A stretch of DNA of 64,000 bases from Cyanobacteria bacterium auto_48_18 (GCA_036170915.1 JAVHQC010000026.1:79404-143403); one strand, 5' to 3'; counted from the first letter of the stretch, positions 1 through 9,800 are shown. The notes: a model not told the origin generated them from the sequence alone. A program made the numbers and translations.

Positions 1-2
1 CT

Positions 3-119
3 GTTTTTGCCAATAAGTTGAAAATCGTGGCTGCCATGCGTGACATCAAAAGCGGTAAAGTCACTTTTCTTGGAGAATATCCACAGCCAGTAACGGTTGT
101 CACTCCAGGGCGCAAGTGA
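3..119 (+). CDS. 3' end of a probable beta-class carbonic anhydrase (truncated by window edge)
   Basis: Frame 3 is open from the edge: VFANKLKIVAAMRDIKSGKVTFLGEYPQPVTVVTPGRK*. KLKIVAAMRDIKSGKVTFL resembles the beta-CA C-terminal strands. Not in the ORF track. Confidence 0.5.
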   Translation, partial: VFANKLKIVAAMRDIKSGKVTFLGEYPQPVTVVTPGRK

Positions 120-614
120 TCAGCTATTTTCCTGGTTGTCTTGCTTTTCCTGTTCCAAAACCGGCACTGGCGGCAATATCTCCTTAATTTCGGCTATCAG
201 AGCTTCCGCATCGAAAACTGGCATACTGAGAAAAACGTCGGCTCCCATGGCCAGGCCGGCTTTTTCGGTGGAAGCGTTGATTTTTCTACCCATTGGACCC
301 GGCGCCAGTGCTAATGTCATGAACATGGTTTGTTTATGCAGGGGATCTTTTCTTAGCCTGGTTAAAAAATCAAATAAAGACTCATCTTCCAGGTAGGCCG
401 CACAAATTATTACGTCAGCGTGATTCTTTCCATCTAAAAAAGCGAATGCTTCGGCGATTGTATAAGCACCGATAACCGAGTGCCCGACCTTTTTACAGGC
501 CTCTTTGAGCAGTTCCACATTTTCAATATTGTCCATAATCAGGATGCGAAAAGTATCTTTTGCAGGCAGCCTGTTTTCTATATTGGATGGCTCTATGGGC
601 GGTTCGACAGTCAC
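120..614 (-). CDS. Single-domain receiver (REC)-fold protein, atypical (pseudo-receiver)
   Basis: RILIMDN...GHSV...ADVIICAAYLED...GADVFLSMP follows the REC pattern but lacks the phosphoacceptor Asp and conserved Lys. Confidence 0.75.
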   Translation of the reverse strand: MTVEPPIEPSNIENRLPAKDTFRILIMDNIENVELLKEACKKVGHSVIGAYTIAEAFAFLDGKNHADVIICAAYLEDESLFDFLTRLRKDPLHKQTMFMTLALAPGPMGRKINASTEKAGLAMGADVFLSMPVFDAEALIAEIKEILPPVPVLEQEKQDNQENS

Positions 615-688
615 TGCTTTACCTCGTGATGCAATACTGAAATGGTATCAAATCTGGTGATCGACATTTAGGTGGTGGAACTTCGCAG

Positions 689-1147
689 CTAAGTCAAAAC
701 AAACGGACATTTCTGGCAGAATGCTTTGGCAAAATGTACTTCTAGCCCGTCCATGTCTATTCCGACCTGCACACGGCAGCGTAGCGTGTTGCCGCACTGC
801 GGACAATCAAGTTCTTTTACACCTTTAAGAATGGAATCGGTCAGGTCTGCCAAAATAGCGTTGTAGCGCTCTGGATCGTTGGTGGGTTCGAGCCTTGGGC
901 GTGCTTCCACCTCTTGAATAATAATCGGGTCGACGGCCAGGGCACGAGCTAAAAGCTGCCTATCAGTAGAAGAGAGCCAGGTCTCGAGACCCGATTCCAG
1001 GTCTTCAATGCGCTGTTTTGTGAATCGTGATTCTAAGGCCAGATCTTTAACAGTCAGATTCTTGCGTTCTCGCAATTCAACTAATCGCCGTGCCAGAGTT
1101 GGTGCCAATTCGCTAGTTTCTTTTGCTCTACTATTTTTTGAATTCAT
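689..1147 (-). CDS. XRE/Cro-like helix-turn-helix protein with C-terminal zinc ribbon
   Basis: LARRLVELRERKNLTVKDLA...IEDLESG HTH, followed by CPQC...CQKC. Confidence 0.8.
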   Translation of the reverse strand: MNSKNSRAKETSELAPTLARRLVELRERKNLTVKDLALESRFTKQRIEDLESGLETWLSSTDRQLLARALAVDPIIIQEVEARPRLEPTNDPERYNAILADLTDSILKGVKELDCPQCGNTLRCRVQVGIDMDGLEVHFAKAFCQKCPFVLT

Positions 1148-1230
1148 ATTTGACTCGAGGCAGACGTGTTGCTGTAAATTATAACTCCATCGGCTGCCTG
1201 GTTTTTTGGTTTTGTCTTTTGAGGCTGAAT

Positions 1231-2430
1231 ATGCTCGATTTTATCAAGCTCTCTCAACTTGTAGGTCAAGTCGGCGCCGACAGTATTGTAGAAAAACAAG
1301 ACTTTGAGCGCACAATGCAACGAGCACTGGCTGCCTTCCACACCGCTCAAAACGCTGCTCAGCAGTTTGAAAACCGACTGTCAGAAAATGCACCATGGGT
1401 CTTATGGCCAACGGCTAAGCCACTTGAGCCGCTGTCGGTGCGCGAAATCGTACCAACGATTGAAACCAGCGCAAAGAAATGGACTGTGGTGGCCGTAGAC
1501 GGCTCGCAAATTATGCCTTCTCATCATGAAGTGCACAATTGCTATTTGCTCAACGTGGGCCTGGCTCGTATTTCTTATGGGCTTGCTCTGGCACCGCTAC
1601 TTTTGAGTGAGCCCCGTCTGCACGCTCGGCCAGACGATCTCTATCCGCTAGTCGACCGTCGGCGCGTTCATATCGACGAGCTTTATGTTTCGCTCGAGCG
1701 TGGTCTTTTTGAACTCGAGCTTTTGGCAGAGCAGGCGTGTTCTGCAGCCAGCCATGGTGAAAGTGTACTAGCCATGTATGACGGTTCCCTGATTCCCTGG
1801 TCTGTAGAAAAAATGAGCAGCAGTTATCAGGAAAGCTATTTTGCGCGCGTTGAAGCCGTGATGGCGAAGCTGAGATTGGCAAAGGTACCGATTCTAGGAT
1901 ACATTAGTCACAGTCGTAGTGCCGATCTGATCAATTGTTTGCGCGTTTCCATCTGCCCTTATGAAATCAGCCATTGTCGTCAGAATTGTGCCGATATTAA
2001 CGAGGAAGATTTTCCATGTTCTCAAGTCTGGCCACTGAGCGATCGCAGTTTATTCGGCAAAATTCTTGCTTTGAACGAACGTTCAAGCGTTTTTGTCAGT
2101 GGTGCCTCTGCTGTTAAGTTGTTGCCTCTTTGCGACACTACTTGTTTTGTTTACTGGCGCGGAGCCAGTGAAATTGCCCGGCTTGAATTGCCACGCTGGG
2201 TTTTTGACGACAAAATTATGTTTGCTTTTGCCCTTTCAGCTATGCGTACTCAAGTGGAGAAGGGTCAGGGCTATCCTGTAGCCCTTGCTGAGGCGCACCA
2301 TCTAGCTGTAATTAAAGGGCCAGATCGCGATCGTTTCTTCCAAATGATAACTGACAGAATGGTCAGCCTCGGCGTTGGGCAAGTACGTGTGAGCCCGAAA
2401 GAGAGTCAGAAGCGTAGAGGATTTGTCTGA
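1231..2430 (+). CDS. nurA: NurA-family nuclease
   Basis: VAVDGSQI, YDGSL, GYIS, ARLELP and GYPVALAEAHHLAVI motifs. ATG at 1231 preferred over the track start 1123, which overlaps the divergent gene. Confidence 0.85.
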   Translation: MLDFIKLSQLVGQVGADSIVEKQDFERTMQRALAAFHTAQNAAQQFENRLSENAPWVLWPTAKPLEPLSVREIVPTIETSAKKWTVVAVDGSQIMPSHHEVHNCYLLNVGLARISYGLALAPLLLSEPRLHARPDDLYPLVDRRRVHIDELYVSLERGLFELELLAEQACSAASHGESVLAMYDGSLIPWSVEKMSSSYQESYFARVEAVMAKLRLAKVPILGYISHSRSADLINCLRVSICPYEISHCRQNCADINEEDFPCSQVWPLSDRSLFGKILALNERSSVFVSGASAVKLLPLCDTTCFVYWRGASEIARLELPRWVFDDKIMFAFALSAMRTQVEKGQGYPVALAEAHHLAVIKGPDRDRFFQMITDRMVSLGVGQVRVSPKESQKRRGFV

Positions 2431-2731
2431 CGATTTGAGCACTCTTTTTTTTCGGGAGTATGCGTCTAAGGCCTCATTTAGTACCTGAGTTAGTACTTAA
2501 ATGGGTATAGACACTATATAAGCGTGCTGCTAAATTATTAGCTACGACTAATTGTGCTCAAACCCATAAGGCTATATAGGACTTTAAGTAGCAAGCTGGG
2601 TAGAAATCAAGAAGCCGCAGCAAGAATGACGGGTGTGAAAATTGATTTCCAACGTACTGCTCTTCGTGAAAAGTTTAGGCACTTCCGTTACGCTCAGTAA
2701 GGGTGGGTTGATTCTTCCTGACTTTTTCGAT

Positions 2732-3235
2732 ATGGGTCGCAACAAACAAAGATTGACCCGCATGCGTGTGCAATCTCATCAAGGTGCATTCGATCTCGAC
2801 GATGCGCGCAGAATGGCAGACACTGGGCGAGAAGATAATGTTCTCTGTCGCGAGCGTCAAAAAGAAGCGATGCTGCATTGGTTTGGCGATACTCACCGCT
2901 CTGAAGTCGAAGATATAGAGCAGCGAATCAATAACGTCGAGCGCAGTCGTCGTGCGGGTATGCCGCAGATTGAACCTCTGCCGTCAATAGAAGATAGTTT
3001 TCTTGCCTGGACTAATGAAGACGAGTATCTTTTTGAATCTAAGATCAAAGAATCGTGGAAAGATTTTGAAGATGATCACACAGGCTTAGTATTGGCTTCT
3101 AGTTATTGCTACGAAGATGATGAACTCGACGCCGAGATGCTCGAAATTCTTCTGACTCAAGAAGAGAACCGCAAATATCTAGCACCGGAAGAGGCCGCGC
3201 CAATAGTTGTTAACTCCAGCTACTGGATAGACTGA
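2732..3235 (+). CDS. Hypothetical protein with basic N-terminus and highly acidic C-terminal half
   Basis: Open frame (track start 2642; first ATG 2732). No recognisable motif. Confidence 0.5.
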   Translation: MGRNKQRLTRMRVQSHQGAFDLDDARRMADTGREDNVLCRERQKEAMLHWFGDTHRSEVEDIEQRINNVERSRRAGMPQIEPLPSIEDSFLAWTNEDEYLFESKIKESWKDFEDDHTGLVLASSYCYEDDELDAEMLEILLTQEENRKYLAPEEAAPIVVNSSYWID

Positions 3236-3251
3236 TTGGTTATGCTTAAGC

Positions 3252-4715
3252 ATGCGTGATTTGTTGCGCTGGAATGGCACCATTGATAGGGCTCCATATG
3301 TTAAGTGGGGCCTCTCGCTTATGGTGCTCAAATACTTACTCGACCAGCTGATCAGTCATCTTTTCTTTCATCGCAGCTGGTCTATTTTTGAATATTTTGC
3401 TCCTGCAGCGGCTGCTCATCGGCTTGAATCTGACGCGGTATTTTTTCTTACTATTCTGGCCGCTTCCCTGCCTTTTGCCTATATCGGTTGTGCACTGACT
3501 GTGCGACGCTTACGCTCAGCCAATTTGCCTGTCTGGCTGGTGCTATTTTTCTTCCTTCCTGTTATCAATCTGATATTTTTCAAAATTATTTGCTGGATGC
3601 CTTCAGTAGTCGAGCAGCATCCGATGCTTTTGGAGAGTACTGCTGTCTCACAGATTGCCAATTCGCAAGACTATGAACATCTGAGGGAGGCTGATTATCC
3701 GGTTTCTGAAAAACTGCTTTTTGCGCGTTTTATTCCACGCACTAAGTTCTGGTGTCTTGTTGCTTCCATTGCCTATCCTGCAATCATTGGCCTGGCTGCC
3801 GGTTTCCTGGCAATGCAAACCCTCGGTACTTATGGCTGGGGGGTATTCGTGGCCCTGCCCTTTGTTCTTTCTACGCTTTCGGTTTTAATATATTCGTACT
3901 GGCAGCCTCGTGCCTGGTTGCAGTGCTTGCAAGTGGCCTGGGCGGAGCTTATATTCATGGGCCTGGTTTTACTTTTACTTGGCCACGAAGGGGCAATTTG
4001 CCTGATCATGGCTGCACCTCTTACATTTGGTATTGCCCTGGTGGGTGCTTTTCTTGGCTATCACATTCAACCACATACGCCTGATAAGCCTGGGCCTTTA
4101 CCGCAGTTACCTGCTATGTTCCTCGGTTTAGGTCTGCTGTTACCTGCTTTCGTTTATCTCGAAGCGGCATCTGCAAAAGATTTACCGGTCTATAAAGTAT
4201 CCAGTACTCTAGATGTTGCAGCACCACCTATGGTGGTATGGAAGAATGTTGTCGCCTTTAGCCAGTTGCCTGAACCTAGTCAGCGGCCTCAAGATTTGTT
4301 ATTCAATTTGGGTGTGGCCTATCCTAAATGTGCTCGCATCAAAGGTAGTGGCCCTGGTGCAATTAGGCATTGCGTCTTTTCTACCGGTACTTTTGTTGAG
4401 CCCATAGCGGTTTGGGATGAGCCAAGAAGACTGGCTTTCAACGTTACCTCGCAAGCTTTGCCTATGCGCGAATTATCGCCATATAGCGGTTTGCATCCGC
4501 GGCACCTTGATGGCTATCTCAAATCAAAACATGGCGAATTTTATCTGACGGCCCTGCCTTCAGGTGGCACAAGGCTGACCGGCACCACCTGGTATACAAA
4601 CGATATGGGGCCTCAGCCCTACTGGCGAATCTGGTCTGACGGTATAATTCATTCCATTCACTTCCGCGTGCTCGAACATGTACGCCATTTGTCTGAAAAT
4701 AGAAGCGATACGTAA
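3252..4715 (+). CDS. Multi-TM membrane protein with DUF805-like N-terminus and C-terminal SRPBCC/START-like domain
   Basis: WNGTIDRAPY...ALTVRRLRSA (DUF805-like); several TM helices; VSSTLDVAAPPMVVWKNV...GAIRHCVFSTGTFVEPIAVWDEP...GGTRLTGTTWY. Confidence 0.75.
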   Translation: MRDLLRWNGTIDRAPYVKWGLSLMVLKYLLDQLISHLFFHRSWSIFEYFAPAAAAHRLESDAVFFLTILAASLPFAYIGCALTVRRLRSANLPVWLVLFFFLPVINLIFFKIICWMPSVVEQHPMLLESTAVSQIANSQDYEHLREADYPVSEKLLFARFIPRTKFWCLVASIAYPAIIGLAAGFLAMQTLGTYGWGVFVALPFVLSTLSVLIYSYWQPRAWLQCLQVAWAELIFMGLVLLLLGHEGAICLIMAAPLTFGIALVGAFLGYHIQPHTPDKPGPLPQLPAMFLGLGLLLPAFVYLEAASAKDLPVYKVSSTLDVAAPPMVVWKNVVAFSQLPEPSQRPQDLLFNLGVAYPKCARIKGSGPGAIRHCVFSTGTFVEPIAVWDEPRRLAFNVTSQALPMRELSPYSGLHPRHLDGYLKSKHGEFYLTALPSGGTRLTGTTWYTNDMGPQPYWRIWSDGIIHSIHFRVLEHVRHLSENRSDT

Positions 4716-4724
4716 TTTTTGTAG

Positions 4725-5336
4725 GTGGAAACTATGCATGATTTAGCCCCCAGAAAAGATGTTGATCAGAAACCCCTGCCGTCTCTGAACACTGGGCGTT
4801 GTATCATCCGCCTGGCGCAAGATGCCGACGTAGATGCGGTGCTTGCCTATCATGTTGAGAATCGCGCTCACCTGGCAGACGGCGGGCCTGCATGGCCATC
4901 CGATTACCTGACTCAAGATTATTGGCTCAAACAAATCAAGCAAAACCTGGAAGATTTCCATGATGATAAAGCGGTGAGATTTTTCTTGTTTGATCGCGCC
5001 AACCCTGGTGTCGTAATTGGTGTCGCCAACCTCAATAATATTGTGCGCGGAGCTGCCCAATATAGCAATCTCGGCTATTCCATCGCCGCTGACCGTCAGG
5101 GTAAAAGCATAATGAAAGAGGCGCTGCAATCAGTGACCTCTTACGGTTTTGTCGCTCTGAACTTGCACCGCATCATGGCTAACTATCAACCTGGCAATCA
5201 ACGAAGCGGCTGGTTACTACGTAGTCTTGGTTTCACGGTAGAAGGCTACGCTCGTGATTATTTACTCATCAACGGTAAGTGGTGTGACCACATACTGACA
5301 TCTATGCTTAACCCCAACTGGGCAGTCAAAGAGTAA
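4725..5336 (+). CDS. rimJ: RimJ/RimL-family GNAT N-acetyltransferase
   Basis: LGYSI...QGKSIMKEAL...LNLHRIMANYQPGNQRS...GFTVEGYARDYLLINGKWCDH. Confidence 0.85.
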   Translation: METMHDLAPRKDVDQKPLPSLNTGRCIIRLAQDADVDAVLAYHVENRAHLADGGPAWPSDYLTQDYWLKQIKQNLEDFHDDKAVRFFLFDRANPGVVIGVANLNNIVRGAAQYSNLGYSIAADRQGKSIMKEALQSVTSYGFVALNLHRIMANYQPGNQRSGWLLRSLGFTVEGYARDYLLINGKWCDHILTSMLNPNWAVKE

Positions 5337-5445
5337 TTTTTTGTCCTTGCTCTTGTGAACGGTTGTGACTGCTGGCGCCTTAGGTGGACCAAATCGATTT
5401 TTATCCTGATAAGATTGATGGTGCCTGCCAGTTGACCTTATTGAG

Positions 5446-6642
5446 GTGTCTAAAGTGTCTGCCGTCATAGAAAAAGCAATTTCTGCCAATCATCCGCTGG
5501 CAGATGTGGCGCAAAAAGTTTATAGCGGTGAGCGTATCACTCGCGAAGATGCCATAAGGCTTTACCAGTCTGATGACCTGGCAGCGGTGGGTGCTCTCGG
5601 TGAATATGCGCGTCGACTCAAAGCTGAGCCTGGCCACGAAAACTACGTCTATTACATTCACAACATGCACCTTAATCCAACCAATTTTTGCGTTGAGACT
5701 TGCCGCTTTTGTTCTTATGCCAATCCTGACGAGCGCGGCAAGGCGTATACCTGGGGAGTAGATAGGGTTTTAGAAGAGGCCGGCAAAGGTGCAGCGCTCG
5801 GTATCAATGAAATTCACATGGTCGGCGGGCTCAACCCGGCTTGCGATCTTGCTTATTATGAGGAAGTGCTGCAACAGATCAAAGCTCATTTCCCGCATAT
5901 TCATATGAAGGCCTTTACCGCTGTTGAAGTTGAATATTTGGCCAATCTTGACGGTATTACCTACGAAGAAGTTTTGCAGCGTTTGATTGCCAGTGGCCTT
6001 GGATCGATGCCTGGTGGTGGTGCCGAAATATTTGATGATGCGGTGCGGGAGCGTATGGCAGTTAAAAAAACACCAGCGCCGGTATATTTGGAAATTCACG
6101 GTATTGCTCACAAACTTGGTATTAAAACCAATGCCACCATGCTCACCGGAATTTCAGAAACAATAGAAAACAAAGTCGATCACATGTTGCTCTTGCGTGG
6201 CCAGCAAGATATTAGCGGCGGCTTCCAGTGTTTCATTCCATTGAAGTGCTATTACGACGGCACTAATATTCAAAGTGAAGTGACCGAGCCAACAGCGTCT
6301 GACCTTCTGAAAGATGTAGCGATTTCGAGAATTCTACTCGATAATTTTCCGCACATTAAGGCTTACTGGATTCAACTGGGTGTGCAGCTGGCTCAATTGG
6401 CTCTTTCATTTGGTGCTGATGATCTTGATGGCACAATTTTGGAAGAAAAAATCACTCATGCGGCTGGTGCTAAAACACCATTGCAGCTAGCTGAAGAGAA
6501 GATGGAGCAATTAATTGCATCGTCAGGGTACAAGCCGGTTGTGCGCGATACCATTTACAATATTCGTCAGGTTTCAAATCTTGAACCTGCGGTTTTAACC
6601 GAAAGTTTTAGCGAAAGATTGAACGCTCTTACCCAAAGCTGA
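5446..6642 (+). CDS. mqnE: Aminofutalosine synthase MqnE (CofH-family radical SAM)
   Basis: CVETCRFC radical SAM motif, SMPGGGAEIF, and HIKAYWIQLG...GADDLDGTILEEKITHAAGA. Confidence 0.85.
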   Translation: MSKVSAVIEKAISANHPLADVAQKVYSGERITREDAIRLYQSDDLAAVGALGEYARRLKAEPGHENYVYYIHNMHLNPTNFCVETCRFCSYANPDERGKAYTWGVDRVLEEAGKGAALGINEIHMVGGLNPACDLAYYEEVLQQIKAHFPHIHMKAFTAVEVEYLANLDGITYEEVLQRLIASGLGSMPGGGAEIFDDAVRERMAVKKTPAPVYLEIHGIAHKLGIKTNATMLTGISETIENKVDHMLLLRGQQDISGGFQCFIPLKCYYDGTNIQSEVTEPTASDLLKDVAISRILLDNFPHIKAYWIQLGVQLAQLALSFGADDLDGTILEEKITHAAGAKTPLQLAEEKMEQLIASSGYKPVVRDTIYNIRQVSNLEPAVLTESFSERLNALTQS

Positions 6643-6643
6643 G

Positions 6644-8362
6644 TTAGAGAACGATTTGACCGATGCTTCCATTGCGGTCAATTAAAAGCTGAATTGATTG
6701 GCCGGGTCGCTTGCTGCCCATTAGCTGTTGGAAGTGTTTGTCGTTTTGAATTACTACTCCGTCGACAGCTCTGATAGTGTCGCCTCGTTGCAGGCCGCAT
6801 TTTGCCGCTCTGGAAGCGATACCAATGGTGGTGACTAGAACACCTTCTTTACTCTTTTTCGCGAGGATGCCGAAGCTTGATGAAGCCGGTGGTGCATTTT
6901 TATCACCGCCTAAAAGGCCATTGCTGTTGGCATTGTTATTGACGAACACAGCATTGCCGTTGCCGCTGTTGTTGTTGTTGTTGTTGTCTTCGGACTTACT
7001 GCGCTTTTTCTGTTTTTTCTGATTGGGTTGGTCTGAATTCTGTTGTTGTTGATTTGGCTGTTGATATTGCTGATTAGGCTGTTGATACTGCTGATTTTGA
7101 AATTGCTGATTTGGCTGTTGATATTGCTGATTAGCGTATTGCTGATTTGGCTGTTGATACTGTTGATTTTGATATTGCTGATTAGGCTGTTGATACTGCT
7201 GATTTGAGTTTTGTTGATAAGCCTGCTGATTATTAGACTTTTGGTTGCTATTGCGCTGGTTGCGCCCAGATTGCTGATTATTTTGTTGGCCAGATTGCTG
7301 ATTATCTTGATCTTGCCAGGCACGCTCGGCGTTGGTACGTTCGATTTCTTCTGCTTGTAAATTTCCTTCCAGTTGCGCCACGGCCTTTTGATAACTAGGC
7401 TCGTCAGGGTTGAGCTTTTTTGCCTGACGGAAAAAGTCTAGAGCCTGCACCGGATTTTTCATGGCCAGATAGATTGTGGCAATGTTGAATTTGATTCGCG
7501 CTTGATTAGGGGTCTTTCGATCAAGTTGCTTATACAGATCTAGAGCCGAGATAAATTCGCCTCTGCTATAAGCACCAGATGCCTCTTCGGCCAGCTGACG
7601 CAACTCCTTCTTTTTACCGTCATCCTGTCCCTGGCTCAGCGCTTTCTTTTCCACTAAGCGGACGGCTTCTCGATATTCAGGCTTAGTGGGAATAATTTCG
7701 AGCGCTTTTTTATAACTTGATAAAGCATCGCCAAATTTGGCCATTCCTTCGTAAGCAACACCGAGGCTGAAATGCGCTTCAGCGCTATCTGGAGACAACC
7801 GTACCGCCTGTTCAAATTTTTCAATTGCTTCTGGCTTTCGGCCCTCTTTCCACAATCGAATGGCATCGGCCGACATTTGGTTTACTTCTTCATCGCGCGC
7901 TGCCATAGCGCGTCGTCTCGCCCTGTCTGCCTCGTCTTCGCGCTTGAATTGTTCGTCCTGTTGAATCTGCTCAGGGGTGCGAGCGGCAGGTGTGTTAACC
8001 GTGGCACTGCCTTTGTTGTTGCCATTATTACTATTGGTCCCTGCGGCCGGTCTTTCCACAGGCTTGGCTACTTGCAAAATATGAGCCATGCGCTCACTCA
8101 ACGAACCTTCGGCAGCTTCACCAAAAACTCGTTTTTCAATTCGGGCCAGTCTCGTTTCTACGCTGTCGTCATCGTAGTTTTTGAAAAAGAAGTTTTGCTC
8201 CAGCAATTTCAATTTGCCGGTTTCATCTTGATTAAGCGAGCCCTGAGCAAGAGCACTGTGTAGACAGCTGTTAGCGCTCAGCCAAAGACTGAAAGAGAGT
8301 GTGACCAGAACCGCCACGCCCCCTCGAAAAGATTTTAGATATTTCTGCGTTTTTTGCACCAT
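6644..8362 (-). CDS. Exported TPR protein with Gln/Asn-rich repeat linker and C-terminal PDZ domain
   Basis: Signal-like N-terminus (ATG 8362; track start 8413), TPR helices (AEAHFSLGVAY), and PDZ (SRAAKCGLQRGDTIRAVDG). Confidence 0.8.
   Translation of the reverse strand: MVQKTQKYLKSFRGGVAVLVTLSFSLWLSANSCLHSALAQGSLNQDETGKLKLLEQNFFFKNYDDDSVETRLARIEKRVFGEAAEGSLSERMAHILQVAKPVERPAAGTNSNNGNNKGSATVNTPAARTPEQIQQDEQFKREDEADRARRRAMAARDEEVNQMSADAIRLWKEGRKPEAIEKFEQAVRLSPDSAEAHFSLGVAYEGMAKFGDALSSYKKALEIIPTKPEYREAVRLVEKKALSQGQDDGKKKELRQLAEEASGAYSRGEFISALDLYKQLDRKTPNQARIKFNIATIYLAMKNPVQALDFFRQAKKLNPDEPSYQKAVAQLEGNLQAEEIERTNAERAWQDQDNQQSGQQNNQQSGRNQRNSNQKSNNQQAYQQNSNQQYQQPNQQYQNQQYQQPNQQYANQQYQQPNQQFQNQQYQQPNQQYQQPNQQQQNSDQPNQKKQKKRSKSEDNNNNNNSGNGNAVFVNNNANSNGLLGGDKNAPPASSSFGILAKKSKEGVLVTTIGIASRAAKCGLQRGDTIRAVDGVVIQNDKHFQQLMGSKRPGQSIQLLIDRNGSIGQIVL
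7020..7320 (-). repeat. Coding tandem repeats, QQYQQPNQ(Q/N)-type
   Basis: Recurring gctgttgata[ct]tg[ct]tgatt units on the + strand, in frame within the TPR-PDZ gene. Confidence 0.85.
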
Positions 8363-8492
8363 AGGGAATCGAATTTTTTTTCCTGGAATCGCTCTTGTTA
8401 ATGCTAGCATCATGTTTGGTATTGGGCTGCCTGATACGTTTTAAGTACGCTAGGCACTCGTCGCGGTTGCACCGAGAGGTCGTATATCTGAT

Positions 8493-9650
8493 ATGCATCT
8501 TAACGAAGATCCCCTGAAAAAGTGGGGCGATGACGAGTTAAAGTACTGGATTGCTATAGACCTGTGCACCGGTTGCGGCTTCAGGGCAGCACGTTTGTTG
8601 CAGGTCTATGAACGCTTTGAGACCATGAAAACTTTCTGGCACGCCAGTGCCTCTGAGCTCAAAGAGATGGGCGGCTACCCTTATGTGCTCGGATGGATTG
8701 ACGACACTTTAATTGAAAAATTTATTGCCAAGCGCGCCCAGATTGATCCTGATTCGCTCATGGCACAACTTGAGGCGGCTAGGGTAAGAGCCTATCCTCT
8801 GGCGCATCCACTTTATCCATTCAATCTGCGCAATATTCATGATCCTGCCCTGGTGCTGTATGCCAAGGGGCATTTGACCATGGATGAAGTGGTTCATGGA
8901 GTTGGAGTGGTAGGTACGCGCACACCTTCCAGCTATGGACAAAAGTTGGCTAAAGAATTTGGGCGTGAACTTGGACAGGCCGGTGTAACCGTAGTTAGTG
9001 GAATGGCTGTGGGTGTCGATTCGTTTGCCCATTACGGTGCCATCGAAGCTGGTGGCAGAACTGTTGCGGTAGTTGCCTGCGGGCCTGACGTCTGCTATCC
9101 CAGTTCGAACAAACCCTTGTATGCAAAGCTCACCGAAGATTCCAAAGGTTTGGTTCTTTCAGAATATTTCCCTGGTATCAAACCTGAGAAGTGGCGTTTT
9201 CCAGCGCGTAACCGCATTATTTCTGGTATCAGTCAGGGCTTGCTTGTAATTGAGGCCGGAAAAGCGTCTGGGTCTTTAATTACCGCCAGGCAAGCATTTG
9301 AGCAGAACCGACAGGTCTTTGCCATTCCCGGCCGCATAGATCAACCAATGTCAGAAGGCACCAACAGGCTCATAGCAGACAATCTGGCACAGATGGTAGT
9401 GAATCTCGATGAGATTATGAATGCAATGAACTGGGTAACCAGCTCAAGGCCTCGTAGCGAGCCTGTGGTGCTTGAATTATTCGGCAGTGAAAAGGAAGTG
9501 CATGAGCTTTTGTCTAATGAGCCAGTGCATTTTGATCAATTAACCGAAAAGACAGGCCTCAATGCGGGCCCACTTTCCAGTACTCTGACAATGTTGGAAT
9601 TGGCCGGCATTGCCGAAAGGTTGCCGGGTGATTGGTATGTGCGCAAATAA
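8493..9650 (+). CDS. dprA: DNA-processing protein DprA
   Basis: VGTRTPSSYG, VSGMAVGVD, FPARNRIISG, SGSLITA and VFAIPGRI motifs; C-terminal winged helix. Confidence 0.95.
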   Translation: MHLNEDPLKKWGDDELKYWIAIDLCTGCGFRAARLLQVYERFETMKTFWHASASELKEMGGYPYVLGWIDDTLIEKFIAKRAQIDPDSLMAQLEAARVRAYPLAHPLYPFNLRNIHDPALVLYAKGHLTMDEVVHGVGVVGTRTPSSYGQKLAKEFGRELGQAGVTVVSGMAVGVDSFAHYGAIEAGGRTVAVVACGPDVCYPSSNKPLYAKLTEDSKGLVLSEYFPGIKPEKWRFPARNRIISGISQGLLVIEAGKASGSLITARQAFEQNRQVFAIPGRIDQPMSEGTNRLIADNLAQMVVNLDEIMNAMNWVTSSRPRSEPVVLELFGSEKEVHELLSNEPVHFDQLTEKTGLNAGPLSSTLTMLELAGIAERLPGDWYVRK

Positions 9651-9800
9651 GCCATTGAAGATTTAACCTTAGGTTCCGGCTGATAATCTGGTGTGCTGGT
9701 GTACGTGCTCACACCCTGGGTAAGTAGTAAAAGGCTGATACTCTGGCAGTATTACCGTTATGATCTTTTTTTGGAGTCACGAATTGCCTGGCATTACTAA

